Under the pieces are notes generated by a model, which saw only the letters and a program-made list of their open reading frames with translations, did not search any database and was not told where the DNA came from. Below, piece by piece: positions 18,490 through 27,447 of a DNA stretch of 64,000 bases. The position numbers and the translations under genes were made by a program. The DNA comes from Deltaproteobacteria bacterium (GTDB taxonomy: Bacteria > Desulfobacterota > GWC2-55-46), in assembly GCA_016218105.1 (NCBI GenBank), contig JACRET010000001.1, forward strand, positions 1,262-65,261, written 5' to 3'. Positions within the stretch are counted from its first letter, which is position 1. Each line of letters begins with the position of its first letter.

Positions 18490-19911
18490 TTACCCCCGCG
18501 GTTTATCCGAACTTACCAGTTCAACAATATCCTTTAATTCTTTTTCGAATACAAGGTTATTTTTATTTATTATGCCTCCGAGCTTGACCTCGGTTGATTT
18601 GCCTGAATCTTTCACCACGACCCAGACCCTCCTGTGGTAGACGAAGAAGGCCAGGATGAACCCGAAGCCCATCACTATCGAACCCGCCCAGACTATATTC
18701 GTGCCGGGGTCCTTATTGATGGAAATCCCGGAATACATCACACCCCTGAAGCCTGTGAAGACGAGGTCTTCGTCGGAGTTCGGTATGGCAGGGAATATCC
18801 CCGGATATTTAAGGAATAGCCACGGCGTGGAGATGACTTTGCCGTCCTCGGTTATCTCGACCTTTACGGCGGGGTTTTCCGCTTCAGCGGATTTCGAGTA
18901 GACCGTATTTGTCTTCTCGTCGTAGGCGAAATCAGCCGTGTACCCTACGAGCTTTACGGAGTACTTTGTGCCGGTAAGCTCCTGCGGGTTTTCCCATTTG
19001 AGGGTTATCGGCTCGCCGGTGTTGTCCTGGTTTTTCTTCTTGACCGCTATCTGAGCCTCTTCAACCCTGTTCCAGGCCATTCCGTAGCTGGACTGGTAGA
19101 ACCTGATGCCTTTATAATAAAGGGGCTCGTTGACCCATATCTGCTTCTTTAATACCTCTTTGCCGTCCTCTACGACCGTCAGCATGCTGTTGTACTGCTT
19201 TATCTGGCCTGAGTCGTAATAATCTATCCAGAACTTGTCCAGCTTTATCCTGAAGTCGGCTTTCGGCACGGACATATCGCCGCCGACGAACACGGCCCTG
19301 AAGTCCTTATATCCAGCGAAGCTTCCGACTATCGCTCCAAGAAGGATCAGCAAGAGGCTGATGTGAGTGAAATCGGAACCAAGCCTCCCGATCCTCCCCT
19401 TCCAGGCGTAAAAATGGAACTCGCTCCCTGCCCCCGATGAGATGACGTCGTACTTCTTCCTTTTAAACGCGCTTATGACCCTCTCCTTTACGGCCTCGGG
19501 GCTGGCGTTTACGGTGAAGGTCTCCTTATTCGAGAACTTGTCTATAAGCTTGGAGTCGAATTTATCCGATTTGTGGTTCAGGAGGGCCTTCCACTTGGGA
19601 GGGAACCTCTCGAAGGTGCAGACTATGATGTTAAGCGCGAGCATCGCCAGGAGCGCCACGAACCAGTAAGAGTGGTACATGTCGTTGAGGCGGAGATAAA
19701 GGATGAAGCTGGTCCACTTCTCCCCGTACTGCTTTAAATAATCCTCCACAGGCAGGTTCTGCTCGATAACCGTACCGAATATGGAGACGACGGCCAGCGT
19801 TATCAATACGAACAAGGTGAGCTTAAGGGAGTTGAAAAAATACCATATCTTTGAGAGCGCGGCCTTGTGCCAGGGTTTTGTCTCAGCGGCTGCTTTTGCT
19901 TTATCGTGCAT
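18490..19911 (-). CDS. resB: System II cytochrome c biogenesis protein ResB/CcsB
   Basis: GTVIEQ, MYHSYWF, THISLLLILLG, VNEPLYYKGIRFYQSSY, KDPG. Confidence 0.93.
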   Translation of the reverse strand: MHDKAKAAAETKPWHKAALSKIWYFFNSLKLTLFVLITLAVVSIFGTVIEQNLPVEDYLKQYGEKWTSFILYLRLNDMYHSYWFVALLAMLALNIIVCTFERFPPKWKALLNHKSDKFDSKLIDKFSNKETFTVNASPEAVKERVISAFKRKKYDVISSGAGSEFHFYAWKGRIGRLGSDFTHISLLLILLGAIVGSFAGYKDFRAVFVGGDMSVPKADFRIKLDKFWIDYYDSGQIKQYNSMLTVVEDGKEVLKKQIWVNEPLYYKGIRFYQSSYGMAWNRVEEAQIAVKKKNQDNTGEPITLKWENPQELTGTKYSVKLVGYTADFAYDEKTNTVYSKSAEAENPAVKVEITEDGKVISTPWLFLKYPGIFPAIPNSDEDLVFTGFRGVMYSGISINKDPGTNIVWAGSIVMGFGFILAFFVYHRRVWVVVKDSGKSTEVKLGGIINKNNLVFEKELKDIVELVSSDKPRG

Positions 19912-19922
19912 CTACAATGTCC

Positions 19923-20501
19923 TTATTTTTTATTGAACTGCGCGAGGAATTCTCCGGCTGCCTTGCCGACCTGGCTTTCCGGGTTCAAGGCATTGGCCTT
20001 TTCCCAGGCGGCCTTCGCGCCGTCAAGGTCCCCCATGCCGTAGGCGAGTATAAAGCCCTTGGTGAGCCAGATTCTCTGGTGATAAGGGTTTTTCTTTATG
20101 CCTTCCTCGACGATCTTAAGCCCTTCGTCGGATTTGCCCAGGTAGTGGGCTGAAAGGCCCAGGTCGTTATAGATATCCGCCTCGTTGGGTTTGAACTGCA
20201 GAGCCTTTTTGTAATATGCGGAAGATTCGGCAAACTGTTTTGAATCGAAGTACGCATCTCCCAGCCTCCAGAGGATATCCGGGTCATTCGGCTTTTCCTT
20301 GAGCCTCGACGTAAGGTCGGCTATTATCGTAGAGTTATTTATGGGGGCGCTGGGCTGGGCCGCCTCTTCCTTGGCGCTGGTCTGCGCCGTCTGGTTCTCT
20401 TTCGATTTAGAGCAGCCGCTCATGCCCGTTACGACCGCGAGACCGACCGCCATAGCGCCTAGCAATATTGTTTTCTTCCGCACAGATACCTCCGTTATCA
20501 A
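19923..20501 (-). CDS. TPR-repeat lipoprotein
   Basis: Lipobox-like MSGC; TPR repeats (LGDAYFD..A..YYKKAL..P); start approximate. Confidence 0.8.
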   Translation of the reverse strand: MITEVSVRKKTILLGAMAVGLAVVTGMSGCSKSKENQTAQTSAKEEAAQPSAPINNSTIIADLTSRLKEKPNDPDILWRLGDAYFDSKQFAESSAYYKKALQFKPNEADIYNDLGLSAHYLGKSDEGLKIVEEGIKKNPYHQRIWLTKGFILAYGMGDLDGAKAAWEKANALNPESQVGKAAGEFLAQFNKK

Positions 20502-20911
20502 TGACGTAAACTGGAAAATTTGCTGTCAACGGCCTCTCTTATTAACTTGACGTCCTTACCCTGCTTGTGGAGGTCGTAAGCCATGAGCGCCTCTTCTATG
20601 CAGATGTCGCAGTGCACGGCGTGTTCATCCACATAGCAGGTTAAGAGGCTCTTATGGTCAAAATGCTTCTTACAGTCGCAATAGCAATAAAGGCTGTCTA
20701 TTACCTCAGGGATCTCCCTGGCGGCCTGATACGCTCTGGCCGTTTCTCCCGTATAGTTAGCCGGGGATAAAGTCTCCCTGGTCTCCCCGCCGCGAAGCGA
20801 TGAGTTTTGAACTTCAGTCTTTGAGCAGGAAGTCAGGACAAAGATGGCGAATAAAGATAAAAGAACCGAGGTATATAAACGGGTTCTACTCTGATTTTTC
20901 ATTCTAACCAT
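20498..20911 (-). CDS. PCYCGC-motif family Cys-rich lipoprotein
   Basis: LTSC lipobox; AYQAAREIP..LYCYCDC..H.SLLTCY...H...CDIC. Confidence 0.8.
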   Translation of the reverse strand: MVRMKNQSRTRLYTSVLLSLFAIFVLTSCSKTEVQNSSLRGGETRETLSPANYTGETARAYQAAREIPEVIDSLYCYCDCKKHFDHKSLLTCYVDEHAVHCDICIEEALMAYDLHKQGKDVKLIREAVDSKFSSLRH

Positions 20912-21117
20912 ATCGGCACTAATTGTTATTTATAAACTTTTTTTTGTTGGATTTCAAATAGATTTTGGATTCAGGGTCATATTAACAGAATTGGATTAAA
21001 AACTTATTAAGATTAAATTACTTAATTTTTAAGTAACCGGGCCTGACTTCTCCTGTTTTCGAGAGAAAACGAGAAAAGGCCGTGATCCTTAATTTCGGGA
21101 AGTCAGGATGGGCAGGC

Positions 21118-21143
21118 AAAAAAAAACGGCCTTTTGGGGCCGC
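21118..21143 (-). terminator. Probable intrinsic terminator after rnfB
   Basis: Minus strand GCGGCCCCAAAAGGCCG followed by a T-run. Confidence 0.6.
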
Positions 21144-21207
21144 TTTGCGCTGTAAAGCAAATCTGTTTTATAAAGGCGTGAACCAGGCTTTAGACCGGTG
21201 GTGTCAT

Positions 21208-22062
21208 TTACCCTGTCTTTTTTGGCTGTGAGGCGTAAAAAGCGGCCTTTGTGACCTTTTCCTCGATCCCCGAAAGTATGCACTTTGTCGGGCAGCGCTT
21301 TACGGACTCGTCGTTCTGAGGGGCAAGCCCATAATTCACCACTGCAAGGTTGTCCTTTAACGCTATGCCGCCGGGCACCGAGCAGTCCTTTACGCAGAGC
21401 CCGCAGGCTATGCAGGAGACCTTGCAGACCTTTTTGGCGTGCGCCCCCTTGTCCTTGCTCTTGCAATATACGAACAGCTTATGGTCTTCCGGGTGCATCT
21501 CGATTATATCTCTCGGGCATGCCCTCGCGCACGCTCCGCAACCTACGCACTTATCAAAAAATACCACCGGCAGCCCGTTGGCGTTCATCGCCATCGCGTC
21601 GAATTTGCAGGCATCCACGCACTCGCCGTAACCGAGGCACCCGTACGTGCAGCTCTTGTCCCCGCCGGTAAGGTTTGCCGCGGTACAGGTCATCTCTCCC
21701 CTGTACTGTGCCCTGCGCTCCGCCTCAGCCGTGCCGCCCTTACAAAGGACGACGGCTACCTTCCTCTTGTGCTCTGACGCGTCAGCGCCTAGTAAAGCCG
21801 CGAGCGCCTTTGCGGTATCGCTGCCGCCAGCCACGCAGGCGTTCGAAGGCGCTGTGCCCGCAAGAAGGGCTTCGGCAAGCATCCTGCAGCCGGGATATCC
21901 GCAGCCGCCGCAGTTCGTGTTAGGGAGTATCCCGGCTATCGCCTCTATGCGCGGGTCTTCCTCCACCCTCAGCTTTTTATCCGCGAAGGCAAGGAATATC
22001 GAGAGAGCGGCGCCAAGGCCTCCCATGCTTACGGCTGATATTATGAGCGAAGCGGCTGTCAT
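21208..22062 (-). CDS. rnfB: Rnf electron transport complex subunit B
   Basis: LPNTNCGGCGYPGC, CTYGCLGYGEC..C, CVGCGACARACP, CIACGLC. Confidence 0.95.
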   Translation of the reverse strand: MTAASLIISAVSMGGLGAALSIFLAFADKKLRVEEDPRIEAIAGILPNTNCGGCGYPGCRMLAEALLAGTAPSNACVAGGSDTAKALAALLGADASEHKRKVAVVLCKGGTAEAERRAQYRGEMTCTAANLTGGDKSCTYGCLGYGECVDACKFDAMAMNANGLPVVFFDKCVGCGACARACPRDIIEMHPEDHKLFVYCKSKDKGAHAKKVCKVSCIACGLCVKDCSVPGGIALKDNLAVVNYGLAPQNDESVKRCPTKCILSGIEEKVTKAAFYASQPKKTG

Positions 22063-22066
22063 TGAT

Positions 22067-22645
22067 CTATCCTCTTATAAGTCCGGCAAAACCCATGAAA
22101 GCCAGGGCCATCATGCCGGCTACTATGAGCGTTATGGAAATGCCCTGGAACGGCTTGGGAATGTCCGCGAACTCAAGCTCTTCCCTTATGCCTGACATCA
22201 TGAGTATGGCAAGTGTAAAGCCCACGCCAGTCGCGAAACCGAAGATTATCGATTCGATATAGTTATATTCCCTCAAGACCATGAAGAGCGCAAGCCCGAG
22301 GACGGCGCAATTCGTGGTGATTAGCGGCAGATATATCCCAAGCGCCCTGTAGAGGGCGGGACTGGATTTGCGTATATACATCTCGACCAGCTGGACGAGC
22401 GCGGCTATGGCGATAATGAAGGCCACGTACTCGAGGAACGGCACGTTGAACCTGACGAGCACATAAGTGTATATGGGCCACGTGACCGCGGCCGTAAGGG
22501 TCATTACAAAGGTCGTGGCAAGACCCATATTGAGCGCGTTCTCCGTCTTGTTGGATACCCCTACGAACGGGCATATGCCCAGAAAATAGGTGAGCACGAA
22601 GTTGTTGATCAGGGACGCTGATATAAAAATCATTAATAGCTTCAA
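22067..22645 (-). CDS. rnfA: Rnf complex subunit A
   Basis: NNFVLTYFLGICPF, LGIYLPLITTNCAVLG. Confidence 0.96.
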   Translation of the reverse strand: MKLLMIFISASLINNFVLTYFLGICPFVGVSNKTENALNMGLATTFVMTLTAAVTWPIYTYVLVRFNVPFLEYVAFIIAIAALVQLVEMYIRKSSPALYRALGIYLPLITTNCAVLGLALFMVLREYNYIESIIFGFATGVGFTLAILMMSGIREELEFADIPKPFQGISITLIVAGMMALAFMGFAGLIRG

Positions 22646-22655
22646 AGCAAAACTC

Positions 22656-23285
22656 CTAAGCGTTCTCTGTGCCTGCAGCTTTTCTGCTTGAGATATAATT
22701 CACGAGCGCGATGAGCGCGCCGAAGACGAGGAACGCGCCAGCCGGCAGGATCATCACTATCCAGGGTTCGAACCAGGTGTTGCTGAGTATCTTGAAGTTG
22801 AATATCGAGCCGAAGCCTAGCAGCTCCCTGATAAAGCCCATTGTCATGAGGCTCAAGGTAAATCCTATGCCGATCCCGAGCGCGTCGGCAATCGATGGAA
22901 TGACCGGGTTCTTTTGCGCGAACGCCTCGGCGCGGCCCAGGATGATGCAGTTTACGACTATACTCGGCAAATAGGGCCCAAGCGCCTTGGATATCGGCGG
23001 GAACTTGGCCGCCACAAACAAATCAGCCACGGTTACGAGGAGCGCTATGATAACGACGTACGCCGCGATCCTGACCTGCGGCGAGATATACTTTCTTACC
23101 GCCGAAATAAGGATATTCGAACCCAGGAGGACAAAGAGTGTAGCAAGACCCATCGCGACGCCGTTTATTACTGAGTTCGTAACTGCGAGGGTCGGGCATG
23201 TGCCGAGCACCAGCCTGAACGGCGGGATGTCCTGCCAAAGGCCTTTTTTAAACTCATACCAGAGTGAATAATTATTTTCCGCCAT
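22656..23285 (-). CDS. rnfE: Rnf complex subunit E
   Basis: LGTCPTLAVT, IVVNCIILGRAEAFA, LPAGAF. Confidence 0.96.
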   Translation of the reverse strand: MAENNYSLWYEFKKGLWQDIPPFRLVLGTCPTLAVTNSVINGVAMGLATLFVLLGSNILISAVRKYISPQVRIAAYVVIIALLVTVADLFVAAKFPPISKALGPYLPSIVVNCIILGRAEAFAQKNPVIPSIADALGIGIGFTLSLMTMGFIRELLGFGSIFNFKILSNTWFEPWIVMILPAGAFLVFGALIALVNYISSRKAAGTENA

Positions 23286-23928
23286 CTTTTGACTCCTTGG
23301 GCTCCGCGCTCTCCGGGGCCTTTACAGCCGAAGCCGGTTTCGCCTCGAAAGCCGCGAGACCGTCTTTGGGGAACTCCCTTAAGACCTTCTGGACGGCATT
23401 GTTTATGTTCTTGACGACCGCGTCCGACGAGATAGTCGCGCCTGTGATGGACTGGATCTGGTTCGGCTTCTCGGGCTTCCGGTTCTTTATGTACTCTACC
23501 TTCGGGGTTATGTCGATGCCTTTGAACTGGTTCTCGAATTCAGGCTCGCTTATCCTGTTTCCAAGGCCTGGAGTCTCGACCTGGTCAAGTATCTTTATGC
23601 CTTTGAGCTTTAGATAATCAAGCCCCAGGCCTACCATGACCCCGATATTCCCCTGGAAACCGCCGCCGTCCGCCTTGAAAGCAAGCCCGACAGGCTTTCC
23701 TTCCCCGTCAATGCCTTCATACACGACTATCGTCTCCTGCCCAACCTTCTTCTCAAGGAGCTTGTAATCCTTCGCCTCGGGGAGGACGACGAAAATGGCC
23801 TCCTTGAGCTCCTTTTCCTTGTTGGCCTGTATCATCGGGTCGGCGACCTGGAAGACCCCGGCGAGTATTACGCCCGATATCGCGCCCACAAGCGTGAGGT
23901 TCAGAAACATTTTTGTTACATTATTCAA
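23272..23928 (-). CDS. rnfG: Rnf complex subunit G (FMN-binding)
   Basis: ETPGLG and ITGATISS flavinylation motif. Confidence 0.95.
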   Translation of the reverse strand: MNNVTKMFLNLTLVGAISGVILAGVFQVADPMIQANKEKELKEAIFVVLPEAKDYKLLEKKVGQETIVVYEGIDGEGKPVGLAFKADGGGFQGNIGVMVGLGLDYLKLKGIKILDQVETPGLGNRISEPEFENQFKGIDITPKVEYIKNRKPEKPNQIQSITGATISSDAVVKNINNAVQKVLREFPKDGLAAFEAKPASAVKAPESAEPKESKDGGK

Positions 23929-23958
23929 GAGTAAAACCCCTCCGGAAACTTAACTTGA

Positions 23959-24987
23959 TTACTGTCCTGCCTTAAGCCCGTTCGCGCCGAACACCCTCGG
24001 CCGCGTGTGTTTATTGAGGAGCGGCACGAACGCGTTCATAAAGAGTATGGAGTACATGACGCCTTCCGGCAGACCGCCGAAGAGCCTGATTACCACAGCC
24101 ATTATCCCGCCCAGTATCGCGAATATCCACTGTCCGGTATCCGTAGTAGGGGATGTTACCATGTCAGTGACCATGAACCACGCCCCTAGCATCGCGCCTC
24201 CGGCGCAGAGATGGAAAAGCGGGCTGGGATATTTCACGGGGTCGATAAACCAGAATATCGCGGAGAAGGCCGCCATTGATCCAAGATAGCCGAGCGGCAG
24301 CTTCCAGTTGACGTAGCCTTTATAACGGAGATAAAGCCCTCCGATGATTATGGCGATAACCGAGGTCTCGCCAAGCGACCCGGCGACGTTACCCGTGAAG
24401 AGGTCCATTATAGGCGTCGCCTTGCCCTCGAACTTCATCAAGGCCAGCGGTGTGGCCGCCGATACCGCGTCTACCGCCTTTTGTATCGTCCTCGGCTCTA
24501 CCCATGTGGTCGTAAGAACCGGGTAGGTAGCCATCAAAAACGCCCTTCCAAGGAGAGCGGGGTTGAATATATTGAATCCCAGTCCGCCGAAGAGCTGTTT
24601 GCCTATGCCTATCGCGAAGACCGAGCCGAGTATCGTTCCGAATACCGGGAACCCCGGAGGAAGGGTCATCGCAAGGAGTATGCCTGTTATAATGGCGCTG
24701 CCGTCATAGATTTTTATAGGCCTGCCGCGGTATTTCTGGAATGCGTATTCGGTAATGAGGCATGTGCCGATCGCTATCACGTAAAGGAGAAGCGCCCTGA
24801 AACCGAAAAAATATACAGATGCGGCCATCGCCGGAAAGAGCGCCATCACGACCGTGTGCATGATCTTCGGTACGGACTCGTTCTTCAGGAAATGCGGTGA
24901 CGATGTCACGAAGAGCTTCCCGCTCCCGCTCCCGCCTTCGGGCATAGAGGCCTTTATCTCTTTTTTGTCGAGCGTCTTATCTTCCAT
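23959..24987 (-). CDS. rnfD: Rnf complex subunit D
   Basis: SSPH, KQLFGGLGFNIFNPA, SAATPL flavinylation site, TDMVTSP, PEGVMYSIL. Confidence 0.96.
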   Translation of the reverse strand: MEDKTLDKKEIKASMPEGGSGSGKLFVTSSPHFLKNESVPKIMHTVVMALFPAMAASVYFFGFRALLLYVIAIGTCLITEYAFQKYRGRPIKIYDGSAIITGILLAMTLPPGFPVFGTILGSVFAIGIGKQLFGGLGFNIFNPALLGRAFLMATYPVLTTTWVEPRTIQKAVDAVSAATPLALMKFEGKATPIMDLFTGNVAGSLGETSVIAIIIGGLYLRYKGYVNWKLPLGYLGSMAAFSAIFWFIDPVKYPSPLFHLCAGGAMLGAWFMVTDMVTSPTTDTGQWIFAILGGIMAVVIRLFGGLPEGVMYSILFMNAFVPLLNKHTRPRVFGANGLKAGQ

Positions 24988-25048
24988 GATAAACTCTATA
25001 ATCCCTTTTTTAAAGCCGGCTGTTCATCCCAGGGCTTAAGCCCTGGGG

Positions 25049-26377
25049 TCATTTGGACGAGGCACGCTGCGCCTCTTTACGGACAAAGTACTTGCCCACC
25101 CTTATCCACTGAAGGAGCGGCCTCTTGGCCGGGCATACGTATGAACAGCAGCCGCATTCTATGCAGGCTCCAGCGTCCCAGCCCTTGAAATTATCGAGCA
25201 TCTTGGCCTTGCCGTAGTCTCCCAGCCTGTAGGGCATAAGGCCCATGGGGCAGGCGTGGACGCAGCTGGCGCATTTGATGCAAGGGTCGTATCCTTCGGG
25301 TTTGATGGCGCCGGCGTCTATTACCGTGATGCCTGATGTGCCCTTAATGACAGGCGCTGTCAGGGATGACTGGGCTATACCCATCATGGGGCCGCCGTTC
25401 AAAACTTCTTTTTCGCCCTCGCCTGTCAGACCGCCGCACTGGTTTATTACTTCCTCAAAGCTTGTGCCTATGCGCACCCTCAGATTGCGCGGGTCTCTCA
25501 CACCGTTGCCGCTTATGGTGACGATCCTCTCTATAAGAGGCTTTTTATAGACAAGTGCCTCGTAAATAGCGGCGGCCGTGCCGACGTTATTGACCACAAC
25601 ACCTACATCCAGGGGTAATTTTCCAGGGGGGACTTTTCTGTTAAGGGCGGCCTTGATGAGCATCTTCTCGGCGCCCTGCGGATACTTTGCTTCCAGGATT
25701 ATTATCTGAACGTCCGATAAGCCGATCGATTTTTTCAAGGCCTCGATCGCGTCAGGCTTATTCTCTTCTATGCCGATAAAGCCTTTAGTAGCGCCCGTAG
25801 CCCTCATAAGCGCCCTCAGGCCCCAGACTACCTTTTCAGACTCTTCTACCATTATCCTGTGGTCGGCCGTAAGGTAAGGCTCGCACTCGCATCCGTTCAA
25901 GATAATGGCGTCAATCGCCTTGCCTTTGGGTGGGGCGAGCTTTACGGAGGTCGGGAATGCCGCTCCGCCCATGCCGACGATGCCTGCGTCGCGCACCAGT
26001 TCGCGGATGGATTCGGGCGACTGTGAATTTAAATCCACAGTCCCCTCCGCCTTCCACTCACGGGTGGTCCCATCGCCCTCTATGACGACCGCCAATACCC
26101 TGGCGCCACCGGGGTGCTGGGCAAGCTCGATATCCTTTACCTTGCCGTTTATGGATGAATGCACCGGTGCCGAGACAAAGGCTTTTATATCGCCTATCTT
26201 CTGGCCTTCCTGTACGATGTCGCCTTTTTTAACGAGTGGTTCGCAGGGCGCGCCTGCGTGCTGCTGGAGCGGTATGGTTACGACTTTGGGAAGTGCCGCG
26301 GTTACGACACCTTTGCCGGAGGTCAGTTCTTTATAGTAAGAGGGGTGTATGCCCCTCTCGAAAGTCTTATGTCCCAT
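25049..26377 (-). CDS. rnfC: Rnf complex subunit C
   Basis: QQHAGAPC, GIVGMGGAAFP, NGCECEPYLTAD, YPQGAEK, GGPMMG, two [4Fe-4S] motifs. Confidence 0.97.
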   Translation of the reverse strand: MGHKTFERGIHPSYYKELTSGKGVVTAALPKVVTIPLQQHAGAPCEPLVKKGDIVQEGQKIGDIKAFVSAPVHSSINGKVKDIELAQHPGGARVLAVVIEGDGTTREWKAEGTVDLNSQSPESIRELVRDAGIVGMGGAAFPTSVKLAPPKGKAIDAIILNGCECEPYLTADHRIMVEESEKVVWGLRALMRATGATKGFIGIEENKPDAIEALKKSIGLSDVQIIILEAKYPQGAEKMLIKAALNRKVPPGKLPLDVGVVVNNVGTAAAIYEALVYKKPLIERIVTISGNGVRDPRNLRVRIGTSFEEVINQCGGLTGEGEKEVLNGGPMMGIAQSSLTAPVIKGTSGITVIDAGAIKPEGYDPCIKCASCVHACPMGLMPYRLGDYGKAKMLDNFKGWDAGACIECGCCSYVCPAKRPLLQWIRVGKYFVRKEAQRASSK

Positions 26378-26446
26378 AAAATTCCAAAACTAAGGATTTT
26401 ATTTAATTTCCAAAAGCAAAAGCTGCTTACCAAGGGAGCGAGAGAC

Positions 26447-26512
26447 AAAAAAAAAAGACCGTCACGGCAATACACTTACAGTTTTTAGCTGCAGGTATTC
26501 GCCCAGACGGTC
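26447..26512 (-). terminator. Riboswitch expression-platform intrinsic terminator
   Basis: RNA GACCGUCUGGGCGAAUAC...GUAUUGCCGUGACGGUC followed by a U-run; 5' arm overlaps the aptamer 3' end. Confidence 0.9.
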
Positions 26513-26580
26513 GGCAGTTACTCTATAATCTCTCGATCCCCGGTGGTAGCCACCTTGATTCCGTCAGTCACGAAAGATAT
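26500..26580 (-). ncRNA. ZMP/ZTP riboswitch (pfl motif) aptamer upstream of rnfC
   Basis: AUCUUUCG-UGACUGACGGAA-UCAA-GGUGGCUACCACC-GGGGAU-CGAGAGAU...UGCCGACCGUCUGGGCG: P1 AUCUUUCG/CGAGAGAU, P2 GGUGG/CCACC, pseudoknot GACGG/CCGUC. Confidence 0.93.
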
Positions 26581-26597
26581 TTGTTACCTATAGAGAC

Positions 26598-26627
26598 ACT
26601 ATAATTCATAGAGCGCCTGCTTGTCAA
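26598..26627 (-). promoter_or_regulatory. Sigma70-type promoter for the riboswitch-rnf leader
   Basis: TTGACA (26627-26622), 18-bp spacer, TATAGT (26603-26598) just upstream of the aptamer. Confidence 0.65.
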
Positions 26628-26664
26628 GCTGAAAAAACATAACTAACGTAATTTTATTTGATCG

Positions 26665-27297
26665 CTATAACCTGCCATGTAAAAAATCCTTTATGAGGAA
26701 AAAAAGCGTTATGAGTATCCCGGCAAGCACCAGGAGTATGCTTAAACCCACTATCGGTATGACCGATTCAGCGGCGACCTCGGCCCCAAGGGCGGTAGTC
26801 CTGTAGCCCATTATTATCCACGCGAACGGGTAGAAGAAGCCGCCAGTGCCGAGGCATGTTGAGGCGACAGTCTTTACCTTGTGATTGGCTGAAAGGAATG
26901 AGAGCAGTATGGAGACGCTTATCGAGAGTATGCCAAGCCCCATCGCGTGAATATGCCCTCTCGTAAGCCTCTCGTGCGCCTCTTCCATGTCGCCGTCTGA
27001 ATGGGAGGAATGGTCTTCTGTTTTACCGTGTTCATGCGGCGCGCCAGCGGTTTGAGCAGCATGGCCGCTGGCCCCTTCGGCTGCCGCCGTGGTATCGGCG
27101 GGGTTATGATGCTCGTGGCCCTGCCCCGGCCCGCTTAAAACGAACTTTTCCTCAATCGCGGTTTTAGCGCTTAGCGAGAGCGTCCTGTGAATGGATTCAT
27201 GGTTTACCGTCATGTAGGCGGCCCAGAATATCCCGAACAACAGGCTGAATAAACCTAAAAGTAACCCGATAAAGACTGGGCGAAACTGATTTTTCAT
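26665..27297 (-). CDS. Membrane protein with His-rich loop, function unknown
   Basis: About 4 TM helices, GHEHHNP..HEHGK..HSSH loop, RGHIHAMGLG; start moved to MKNQF behind AAAGGAGA. Confidence 0.75.
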   Translation of the reverse strand: MKNQFRPVFIGLLLGLFSLLFGIFWAAYMTVNHESIHRTLSLSAKTAIEEKFVLSGPGQGHEHHNPADTTAAAEGASGHAAQTAGAPHEHGKTEDHSSHSDGDMEEAHERLTRGHIHAMGLGILSISVSILLSFLSANHKVKTVASTCLGTGGFFYPFAWIIMGYRTTALGAEVAAESVIPIVGLSILLVLAGILITLFFLIKDFLHGRL

Positions 27298-27390
27298 ATC
27301 ATCTCCTTTGATCAGGCCGCTAAACGCAATAAATACAAGTAACATAATACGGCAATACAACGCGGCATTAAAGACATTTTATCGCGTTCG

Positions 27391-27447
27391 TACGCCGCAG
27401 TGACGAGCGGTGATGCAACGAAGCAGATGGACTTTTTCAGCAGCCTG
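27391..27447. mobile_element. Right-half copy of the 123-bp MITE
   Basis: tacgccgcagtgacgagc..tgatgcaacgaagcagatggactttttcagcagcctg matches 31618-31675; abuts CTAG containing the degP stop. Confidence 0.85.

Noticed and set aside
21042-21107. c-di-GMP-I (GEMM) riboswitch
   Set aside because: A GNRA hairpin is present but the conserved GGCAAA and GCAAAGC segments are not; kept only as a low-interest structure
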